A DNA stretch of 64,000 bases from Guillardia theta CCMP2712 (Eukaryota; Protista; Cryptophyta), in NCBI RefSeq assembly GCF_000315625.1, contig NW_005434560.1:102049-166048 (forward strand), written 5' to 3'. Shown here in pieces: positions 12,862-21,600 of the stretch. Under the pieces are notes generated by a model. It did not search any database. It was given only the letters and a program-made list of their open reading frames with translations, and was not told where the DNA came from. Every line of letters begins with the position of its first letter. Positions within the stretch are counted from its first letter, which is position 1. Position numbers and translations under genes: made by a program.

Positions 12862-13047
12862 ATGCGCGCGTGGCGCTACTTCAAAGTTAAGATCCTCCCC
12901 ATCACGCGGAAGTGTGCCTTCTGCCCACCCCCCATAGCGCTGAGGCCGTGGGAGCCGTGCCCTTGCCCCTATCTCAACACCCGCAGGTGCATCTTCGAGA
13001 GTGAATTGAAGAAGAGTGAGAAACGGCTGCTGTGTGAAGGGAAGTAA
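12862..13047 (+). CDS. Small Cys-containing hypothetical protein
   Basis: MRAWRYFK...CAFC...CPC ORF filling an intergenic gap. Confidence 0.45.
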   Translation: MRAWRYFKVKILPITRKCAFCPPPIALRPWEPCPCPYLNTRRCIFESELKKSEKRLLCEGK

Positions 13048-13061
13048 ATGCTTGAAGGTTA

Positions 13062-13433
13062 TCAGAAGAATCCCCAGTGCCTCTTCCTCTTGACCCTGAT
13101 CACATCCACCTCCGTCATCGTCACGGGCGCGGTGGACTGCAGCACCTTGACGTGCACGGAGATCCGCTTCCCCTCCACGGGGGCGACGCCGACGTTCTGC
13201 ACCCGCACCGGGTTCGCGTCGCGGATGAGCTGCAGGTCCGTCAGCCCCACCATGGGGCTCGCCGTCTTTGCCAGGATCACAAAGCCGTCCTTGGCCGTCC
13301 GCACCTCGTAGTCCACGAAGCACAGGTCCCTGGAAAGCCCCTGCATCACCGCCAGCACGTTCTCGATCACCGCGCGGTCGTCCGCCTTGATGCCCGACAG
13401 CATGCCGTCGATCGGCAGGATCGAGCTCGACAT
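13062..13433 (-). CDS. Hypothetical protein (123 aa)
   Basis: ATG ORF with strong GC3 bias and an upstream TGTATTTGAA (13470-13479, minus). Confidence 0.75.
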   Translation of the reverse strand: MSSSILPIDGMLSGIKADDRAVIENVLAVMQGLSRDLCFVDYEVRTAKDGFVILAKTASPMVGLTDLQLIRDANPVRVQNVGVAPVEGKRISVHVKVLQSTAPVTMTEVDVIRVKRKRHWGFF

Positions 13434-13566
13434 ACCGGGGTGTCAATGCGTGTGGGAGGGAAGTCGGGCTTCAAATACATCTCAGGGCACGGCACACAGA
13501 AAACAGAGGTCTTAATATTCGAACGGGTTTTAATGTATCGGTACGCTACACCTACGTTACGTCTAC

Positions 13567-15150
13567 TCAGAAAATCCAGTATAAGTAGACGGCCACGATG
13601 ATCTGTATGCCATACAAGATTCTTACGGCTGATCCGCCTTGTTTAGTCTTGAAAATATCGATATATTTAGGATTCATGTGGCACACCTTTCCATGTGACG
13701 GAGGAATCGTTTCTTGCAGGTAAGGTTTGATCACAGTGGTGACAACAGACATGAGAATAAGATAGGGACGCTGAGCGCGTGGCGAAATCAGAATAGTCGC
13801 CACGAACAATGCCATGTGCACCAGGGTGGAAATGAACGTGATCTTGATGCAAGTCAAGAAATGATATGGCTCTACCTCCCATAGCTTGATTTTGATTTCT
13901 TCTTCGTCCTTTTTTTCTTGTTGTTCTTCATTGTCAACACCGTTGTTCCCGACGGCTGCTTCTCCGCGACGTGGTGGTGGTTGTGCTGCTGCTCCTGCTG
14001 CACCTGCTGCTGCACCTCCTGCTGCTGCTGCACCTCCTGCTGCTGCTGCACCTCCTGCTGCTGCTGCACCTCCTGCTGCTGCTGCACCTCCTGCTGCTCC
14101 TGCTGCACCTGCACCTCCTGCTCCTGCTGCACCTCCTGCTGCTGCTCCTCCTCCTGCTGCTGCTGCACCTGCTTCTGGTTCTGAGAAATCGGGTTCAAAT
14201 TTGATATTTTCGGCTCTTCCTTCTATTTGCGTTGCCACGTGATTATTCGGCTGAGTGAAGTAGGTTGATAACAGGTAGAACATGGTCGCCAGATGAATCA
14301 TAACAAGCGTGAATTGTACGTGTATGATAATTTCGTCGAGAGATTGCTGTACCACGTCCAATTTTTGTTTCTCCGATTGGATGTATGCAGTCAAATGCTT
14401 GATCGACTCATGAACATCGTCAGGTATATCACCCAATGAAGAAAAAGCAGCGAGTGAAGCATTATTTCTTTTGATGTTACCGTGCAATTGATCCAAAAGA
14501 ATTTGCGTTTGTTTCATGCTTGCAATCTTGACGCCGTAACCATTGACATACAAGTCGAATAGTATCATTACGAGACAGTGGAGACAGAGCAGTATCATGG
14601 TATTGCCCAGATTCGAGAAGAATATGTAGTTGTAGATATTGATACTCAAAAACGAATTACATTCGTACTCTGGAAGGAATTGAGTTCCAAAGATCAACGC
14701 AAAGTTCAAGATAATCTCGAATGCAATATACCTTGTCATTCTTAGATTGATATCAATGTGTGTTATGTCGAACTCCATATCGAAAGGGAGACATACCGTG
14801 AAGAATACGATCATGCAGAAGATGACACCCGTCTGCACCGTCGCAAGGTGTGACCATCCTCTTGCAAACATAACACTCGTGATGACGGTCTTGTGCACCA
14901 ACCAATAGATAGTATAGGTGTAAAGTTCCAATGTTTCCATGATCTGTACATGGCAGAACAAGTAATGCATCGGTCGCTTGATGATCCTTGCGACCCAGCC
15001 ATTCTGCACGAACTTGTTGGTCTCCTTGATAACATCCACAATGTTGAAGATGCTCTTGTCCTTGGATTCGGAAAACCGTTCAACCATATCGACCATCCAA
15101 ATGTAGGCTGCAATACCGATAACGGCCCAAAAGATAGCTGTCTTTATCAT
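13567..15150 (-). CDS. Multi-pass membrane protein with Ala/Gly-rich insertion (low GC)
   Basis: 527-aa ORF with many hydrophobic segments and an upstream TGTATTTAAG. Visibly AT-richer than its neighbours. Confidence 0.75.
   Translation of the reverse strand: MIKTAIFWAVIGIAAYIWMVDMVERFSESKDKSIFNIVDVIKETNKFVQNGWVARIIKRPMHYLFCHVQIMETLELYTYTIYWLVHKTVITSVMFARGWSHLATVQTGVIFCMIVFFTVCLPFDMEFDITHIDINLRMTRYIAFEIILNFALIFGTQFLPEYECNSFLSINIYNYIFFSNLGNTMILLCLHCLVMILFDLYVNGYGVKIASMKQTQILLDQLHGNIKRNNASLAAFSSLGDIPDDVHESIKHLTAYIQSEKQKLDVVQQSLDEIIIHVQFTLVMIHLATMFYLLSTYFTQPNNHVATQIEGRAENIKFEPDFSEPEAGAAAAGGGAAAGGAAGAGGAGAAGAAGGAAAAGGAAAAGGAAAAGGAAAAGGAAAGAAGAAAQPPPRRGEAAVGNNGVDNEEQQEKKDEEEIKIKLWEVEPYHFLTCIKITFISTLVHMALFVATILISPRAQRPYLILMSVVTTVIKPYLQETIPPSHGKVCHMNPKYIDIFKTKQGGSAVRILYGIQIIVAVYLYWIF
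13984..14172. repeat. GCA/GGA-based minisatellite (~18-bp unit) encoding (AAAAGG)n
   Basis: Tandem tgctgctgcacctcctgc-type units inside the 13567..15150 CDS. Confidence 0.9.
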
Positions 15151-15310
15151 GATGATTGCAGATTGTCTCTAGACCACACTTAAATACACCGTACTGCCCC
15201 AGCCCGGGCCCTCTGGATAGCCCGGACAGCCTGGACCCCGGGGAAAAAAAAAATCCGCAGGGGCAAGCTGGCGGGAAGGCGGGAAGGCACGGGCCGAGGG
15301 GCTCGCCGCC

Positions 15311-15985
15311 ATGGACCCATGGGATGATCCCCTGTGTGCCCGTGCGCTGCTGCACCTCTGCTTGTGTGAGAGCTTCGAGTTGTACGGGATGCCGCTGCGG
15401 CTGGCGCGAAATTTCGAAGTTGAGTACAACTGCTTCCACCGCGGCAAGCATGAGGGCTGCACCAACGAGCGCTGCGCCAAGAAGAGACTGCTTGGGGACA
15501 CGCCGTGCCGCACCCTCGCCACGTGGCTTCCGAAGGATCGCGTGGGGATCACCCTGTATGTAGACTCCGGCCTGCGGACCTTTGTCGGCATCCGCGGGAG
15601 GGTCATGCTCGCTACGGAGCAGGTCATGCAGGGGAACGTCCTGCCCGCGGAGACGCTGGTTCTGGCGCACTTTGTGCTCGACCGCGTGGAGGGGGGCAGG
15701 CTGGAGCCCCGGGTGCTGGTCTTCGACGTCTCTCTCCTCGGCGGGAGGGACATGGAGGGTCTACCACCCTCAGAGCGCTACTCCGCCCTCCTCAGCCTCT
15801 TCCGCAACCGGGGCGGCATGACGACGCTGCAGTGGGTCGGGGAGGAGGCTTCCGCGGTAGCGCAGCTGGACGGCCTGAGGAAGAAGCTCCCACATGACGT
15901 CGAGTGCGTTGTGAGCGTGGGGTGCGACCCCTGGCTGCTCAGCCGTGTGATGCACGTGAACGTGGGGAAGGGGAGCCTACGATGA
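15311..15985 (+). CDS. Degenerate mRNA capping guanylyltransferase/ligase-fold (nucleotidyltransferase-like) protein
   Basis: ETLVLAHFVLD (motif III-like), PRVLVFDV (IIIa), PSERYSAL and LPHDVECVV (IV-like) are present. No canonical KxDG motif and no OB domain. Confidence 0.5.
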   Translation: MDPWDDPLCARALLHLCLCESFELYGMPLRLARNFEVEYNCFHRGKHEGCTNERCAKKRLLGDTPCRTLATWLPKDRVGITLYVDSGLRTFVGIRGRVMLATEQVMQGNVLPAETLVLAHFVLDRVEGGRLEPRVLVFDVSLLGGRDMEGLPPSERYSALLSLFRNRGGMTTLQWVGEEASAVAQLDGLRKKLPHDVECVVSVGCDPWLLSRVMHVNVGKGSLR

Positions 15986-16036
15986 AGGGTGCTATTTCAG
16001 ACTGTAGGCCATTTGCTGAAGAATAAAACCTTGTGA

Positions 16037-17470
16037 ATGGCGTCTCATGCCCTCGACCGCATCAACACAGAAGCACTGCGTGACCCGCGGAAGCTTCGGG
16101 TGGTGCAGCCATCCCAGGGCGGGATCCAATTCATCTCCCCCTCCTCCCATAGGGAGAAGACGTCCGTGCTGCGCATGTCCGGGGCGGCGTCGTCGCGGCT
16201 GGTACGGAAGAAGGCCGAGGACGACACGCCCGAGGCCATCACCCGCTTCCTGGGCAACAAGGTGACGGGGCAATACATCCAGACGTGCCGCAACATCTCC
16301 GTCGACTTCAACCTGACGACGTCGGTGATCCCCTTCCTACTCGCCAACCTGAAGAGCGTGAGCCACGAGGAGGTGCTGGGGACCGTCTTCCGCGAGATGG
16401 ACCACGAGCCCCCCTTCGTCGACTGGGCCTGGGTCAGGGAGAATATCACCAAGCCCAACACCAACAGCCTGGGAGACACGAGCTGCTGGCTGACGTTCAT
16501 GCGTCACATCCACTTCAGCGACGAGATCGAGACGGAGACGGAGCGCCTGCTCTGCTTCCACACATTCAAGAGCCTCTTGAGGAGCGTTGGTTTTGTGCAT
16601 AAGGATGAGATTGGGATCAAAGATATGATCAAGGTGTACCTCCTGCTCAACATCGTGGGGCTCACGGGCCACCACGCCATGGAAAGATACCTATCTGATG
16701 TCCTCGAGGGTAACATTCGCACGCGCTGCCTGCAGTTCGCCGCCAAGCTAGGGGACCAGAGATACATGACGGAGGACTACAATGAGGCGGCGGTGAGCGT
16801 GCTGAGTTGTATCACCATCTCCCCGACCTTCACGGGCGACATCCAGGTCCACATCGCGACGAAGAAGGAGCTTGACATGCAGATGCGGCAGAAGGAGATC
16901 GAAATGTACAAGGGAAGACCACGGCTGTCGGCCTATCTGAAGGACAACCGTACTTCCCGCTGCGATATGGTCTCCGTGCACAACATGCATACCTTTGATA
17001 TTTGGTTGAACTTCATCAAGTTTCCTAATACTATCAGTCGCAAAACACGGCACATGGTGTACCTCCTGATGAGCACTCCGAGTCTTACCCACTCGGACTG
17101 GATCAATCGCTGCCTCACCAAGGAGCTCGCCGCCTCTGTCCTTGCCACTCCGGTCACCAACCCGGAGCTCAACACCATCTGCCATATCATTTCAAGTATC
17201 GACTACCGCGCGCAGGCCTTCCGAGAGCTTGCCGAATTCAGAAACGAGTGCCTTAACGGTCTATCACAGAAGAATATGAAGGAGATGACACTATCGAGAC
17301 TCATGCAACTCTACATATGCGCCTACCAGTGTAAGCACATCTGGAAGGACTGCTGGAGGTTCATCCTCCCGGTGCTGAGCTTCCCGCTAGTGCAATCGGT
17401 CGAGGGGTTCGTGAACAAGAACAGCATCAACGAGACGGAGGTGTACAAGGCGCTCATGTACAGTGCCTAG
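16037..17470 (+). CDS. Hypothetical protein (477 aa)
   Basis: Long ATG ORF with typical codon usage and no recognised motif. Confidence 0.8.
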   Translation: MASHALDRINTEALRDPRKLRVVQPSQGGIQFISPSSHREKTSVLRMSGAASSRLVRKKAEDDTPEAITRFLGNKVTGQYIQTCRNISVDFNLTTSVIPFLLANLKSVSHEEVLGTVFREMDHEPPFVDWAWVRENITKPNTNSLGDTSCWLTFMRHIHFSDEIETETERLLCFHTFKSLLRSVGFVHKDEIGIKDMIKVYLLLNIVGLTGHHAMERYLSDVLEGNIRTRCLQFAAKLGDQRYMTEDYNEAAVSVLSCITISPTFTGDIQVHIATKKELDMQMRQKEIEMYKGRPRLSAYLKDNRTSRCDMVSVHNMHTFDIWLNFIKFPNTISRKTRHMVYLLMSTPSLTHSDWINRCLTKELAASVLATPVTNPELNTICHIISSIDYRAQAFRELAEFRNECLNGLSQKNMKEMTLSRLMQLYICAYQCKHIWKDCWRFILPVLSFPLVQSVEGFVNKNSINETEVYKALMYSA

Positions 17471-18192
17471 GGTGCGCGGTCTTCTCTTTCCGTTTTGATC
17501 CCGAGCCTCTCTACAGCATCATCAATGAATGTGTTGCGTATGTAATAGTATATGTCACTGAATGAGTCCCACATATGCATGGTTTGCCAGGAAAGACGTT
17601 CCGTTAAAAACACTTCAAATAGAAGTCGATGTGTGCGTAAAAACGGGTCAATTATATTTCTGATATCGGGAATGATATCATCTGCGTATATTGATAACAT
17701 GTTTTTCTGCTGGGATGATGAGCAGCTTGAAATTATTTTTGCAGTGAGGACCATCTTTCGCATGATATGCACCGTGCGTTCTATGATATTCATTTGCTCG
17801 TTTACTATCTGTGCTTTTGGTGCTGTCGCCATCGAAGGTAAATCACATAAGATCCGTACAAATTGGATCCAAACATCGATAATGTCCAGTGGAATTTCAA
17901 GCATAAAAAAACCCGATATTTCCAAATGAGTGAGGTTAGATCGCCGATTCATGACATAATCCAACACCTTATCATAGTCCAAATTATAATCAAGATTCCA
18001 AATTCGACCCGGTATATCATCTAAATTCAAACCCATTACATCATGGATGAATCTCCGTAGGTGTAGTGCGATGGGTTGTAGTGTCTGCTCGTTCATATTT
18101 GTCCTATTAATACCCTGCATTTGGCGTTCCATATCCCAAATCCTCTCACACAAACTATCAATACTTTTTTGCAATCTCTCTCGCCTCTGCAT
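17467..18192 (-). CDS. Hypothetical helical protein, low GC
   Basis: ATG at 18192 follows a TATATAAA (~18217-18225, minus). The segment is AT-rich. Confidence 0.7.
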   Translation of the reverse strand: MQRRERLQKSIDSLCERIWDMERQMQGINRTNMNEQTLQPIALHLRRFIHDVMGLNLDDIPGRIWNLDYNLDYDKVLDYVMNRRSNLTHLEISGFFMLEIPLDIIDVWIQFVRILCDLPSMATAPKAQIVNEQMNIIERTVHIMRKMVLTAKIISSCSSSQQKNMLSIYADDIIPDIRNIIDPFLRTHRLLFEVFLTERLSWQTMHMWDSFSDIYYYIRNTFIDDAVERLGIKTEREDRAP

Positions 18193-18228
18193 TTTAAGCG
18201 TTCCATACACCTGAACTTTATATAACAC

Positions 18229-18588
18229 TTAGCACGGCCGCATGTGGGCGCTGACCAGGCAGCACTCGAGCGGCACGGCGGACTGGGCGAGGCTGAAGGC
18301 GGGGGTGGCACCCCCCGTGGCCCCGGTCTCGAGCTCCTCGGGGAGGGGATCCTTCTTCGCAGCGTCGCTTACCAGGACCGGGAATGCGGGCTCGACGGGC
18401 ACGGGACTGCGGCTGGGCCAGAGGAGGGAGAGGAGCGAGGTGGGATGGGGGCAGTTTGCCCTGGGCTCATCCCTTTCTCTCAACTGGACCTCGCTCATCT
18501 CGTTCGGAAAATCAAGCCGCAGCGGTGCTGCCTCCTGCGGGTTCTTCATATCGGAAGGGAGAAGCTCTTCCTTGCGCGGCGCGATCAT
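18229..18588 (-). CDS. Hypothetical protein (119 aa)
   Basis: ATG ORF just downstream of a TATAAAG on the minus strand. Confidence 0.5.
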   Translation of the reverse strand: MIAPRKEELLPSDMKNPQEAAPLRLDFPNEMSEVQLRERDEPRANCPHPTSLLSLLWPSRSPVPVEPAFPVLVSDAAKKDPLPEELETGATGGATPAFSLAQSAVPLECCLVSAHMRPC

Positions 18589-18641
18589 CCCTTCTTTCTT
18601 TATAGAACACAGTGCTACAAACGAACTAAATATATCATAAA

Positions 18642-21600
18642 CTACCCCGTAGTAAAGCCCACGTTGTCACAGACCATATCTTCCGTCTCCTCGGCGTAGC
18701 CCTCCTCGAGCAGGTGCCGGTAGTGCACCTCAAGCAGCATCGTCTCCAGGCTGTCCTCGAACTCGCCGTCTTTGCAGTAAGACATACCCAGGCACACCGA
18801 CGGCCTCTCCGCGGGCACGTGATACACGTAGACGAGCCCATCCTCATCGTGCGTCGGGAGGAAGATCTTGTCCCGCGGGAGGAGGCTGGCTGGAAGGATC
18901 ATCCTTTGCAGCTCCCCGACGAGCACGTGGTGCAGGTTGCAGACGTAGAGCCGGGCCGTGAAGGGCTCATCGCGCTCGAGATCGTAGAGTTCCACGGTGT
19001 AGGTTCCGTCGTAGTCCAGCATCATCTCCCCGGGCGGGGCGAGGACGACGCCGAAGGAGGCGATGGACTCCCTGCCCTCCAGGCCCTCGTACTTGTCGCG
19101 GTATTGTCTCCCAGCGAACACCAGACGGCGGCAGAAGATTCGGGGGTAGGGGTAGGCGCGCAGCCGCATGAGCGCGGTGTGCATGTTCGACAGCGGGATG
19201 CGGATGACATCCTCTCTCTCCATGTGGAAGTCCTGGTTCACGTTGAAGAGGTAGATGTCGACCTGCGGTGCTCCGTCGTCTATGATCTTGCAGAGGACGT
19301 ACTGCCCTTCGGGGGTCACCAGGACGTAGAGGTTGAAGGCGTCGTAATCCAGCGGCATCAAAAACTCCGGGCCCTCGGTGCGGAAGTTGTCGATCATCTG
19401 CAGGTAGTCGAAGAAGGGGATGGGGTCGTCGGTGAGCTCCATGCCCTCCCGCATCCGCTTTGCCATGCCGACCATGTTCCCGCATATTGCTGTCTCCTCC
19501 TCGAAGAAGGGCGTGATGCTGGAGGCGTTGCCCTTCATCCTTGGCTGCGCGCCATGCCACTCGATGTCGTGGATGCGAGGGAAGAGCCAGCGGTGCGGCG
19601 GCAGCGCCTCCTCGTCGGGCAGGCGGAAGCTGATCCACTTGCCGAGGTGGTCGACCTGCAGCACGGGGAGCGCGCCGCGGGGCCAGTACGCCCTGGGCAC
19701 CTTCCGCGTGATGGCAAACTCCACGGCCTTGCAGGTGGTGTGCTTCTGCTGTAGCTGGTGGAGGATGTTTAGGTTCTCCGTCTGGAACAGGGGGGCGAGC
19801 AGCACCAGAGCGATCAGGTTGACCGCCAGCACGCAGGAGGTCCTCCCGACGTAGACGAGGTTGAAGATGTTGGAGTTGCGGTTGCCCTCGTCCCTCAGCG
19901 CCGAGTGCAGGCTCATCTTCTTCCATCCCGCGGGCACGAGCTCGGCAGGCACTCCGAGCGCTTGCAGCAGCTCAACGAACTTGAAGCCATCTCTCCCGAA
20001 GATGGTGTCCATGCAGGCGCGGTTCAGCCGCTTGGCGCCGAAGAGCATCTGCAGCAGCTCGGGACTCAGCATCTCCCTCCGCAGGCGGAAGCTAGAGAAG
20101 GCATTCTGCACCTCCGGCAGCCCTAAGAGCAGGCCCTGGATCGTCTTCCATATGTTCTTCCCCGCCTCTTCCCCCTCCGCGTCCTCCATCTGGCCACTGG
20201 CGAAGAATCCCGCGTCCGCGATGAAGTTGGAGCGCCCCTCCGCGCTCGTCCAGTGCTCCCTTATCCCTAGGTAGCTATCCATCAGGCTGTCCACCTCCCT
20301 CGGCTTGGTACTGTACAAATCCTTGGTCTGCACCAGAAACTTCATGCGGTGCTGCACCCACACCCTAAGCGCCGTGAGCGCGGCAACCTCCTGCGCCGTC
20401 GCCCCGTCGATCCCCTCAATCGAGCCCGCCTCCACAAGGCGGACGAGGAGCGGGAGGGTGTAGCCCGTCGGCAGCTCCAGCTTGCGGATGCAGCAGCGCA
20501 TCATGACGTACATGAACGAGTCGTAGGTCACGTTGGAGACGTAGGCGGACACCATGCAGTGCAGGGAGAGGTCGGAGAAGATCAGCTCCATGATGCTGTC
20601 TCGCACCAGGGCGTCGATGTCAGGCGTCGAGCCTCGCATTGTCTGCGCCAGCAGCTTCCGCAGCACGATGGCCTGGATGTGCATCGGAACGGCTAGAGAG
20701 AGCATCAGCCCCTCCTGCTTCCTGACGAAGCGGTCCTCCTCGTTCACATCCGAGCTCAAGAGAGGCTCCAAAATTCTAAAAAGGACGGCATTCACCTCCT
20801 TCTGCACCATGCGGGAGACACAATTGTTCTCGTTGCAGTAAAGACGGAACCCGCTCAGCGTGAAGAGCTGTGCGATGGCGGTGCAGGCATGCTGAACCAC
20901 GATGAGCAGGGCGTTCTGCCTCGACCGGGTCAGGTTCAGGTCCACCGACTCCTTGCCCCTTCCGTCGGCCCGGGCCAGCAGGTGCCCAAGGTCGTGGGCG
21001 AGGGAGAAGCGCGCGGAGGTGGTGGACACGGCGGTGACGGCGTCGCTGCCAAGCCTGGCCCGCGTGTGGTTCTCCTGCTCGCTCGTCCTCAGGGGTACGC
21101 ACGTGTCCTCCGCCGCCGATTCGAAGAATCGAAGACGCGCCGCGAGCGAGAAGACGTCACCCATCTCAGTCTCCTTGCGGTTTGTGGCGATGAGCATGAT
21201 CCTTGGCTCCTCCATGAGCATGAGCTTCTTGTTGTAGTTCTCCCCCGTCTTCGCCCCGCCGTCCGCGTCCGACTTCTTGGAGCACGCCTCCCTAAGGAAC
21301 GTCTTGGCCTGGCCCGTGTTCTGGATGAGCGTGTGGCAGTCCTCGCTCACGAAGATCAGCTTCCCATACTCGCAAAGCGGCACCGTGTCCTCGGGGTCCA
21401 CCCGCTGGTCATTCTTCAGTGCTAGGGTCAGGCCCATGCGCTTCTTCTTCCCGTCCGTGTAGTTTGCCCCGCTCACCACCATGTCTGGGCTCCGTGTCTT
21501 GGCGAGGAGGAAGGGCGAGGATAGCATCTGCTCGAAGCACACCTGCGTGAAGTTGAAACCCGCGCTGTCGCGCTTGCTTCCCGCCACGCCAAGGAATCGC

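Noticed and set aside
13872-14242. Poly-Gln, poly-Cys and poly-Leu ORFs in alternative frames
   Set aside because: They are artefacts of the GCA-based minisatellite within the 13567..15150 CDS.
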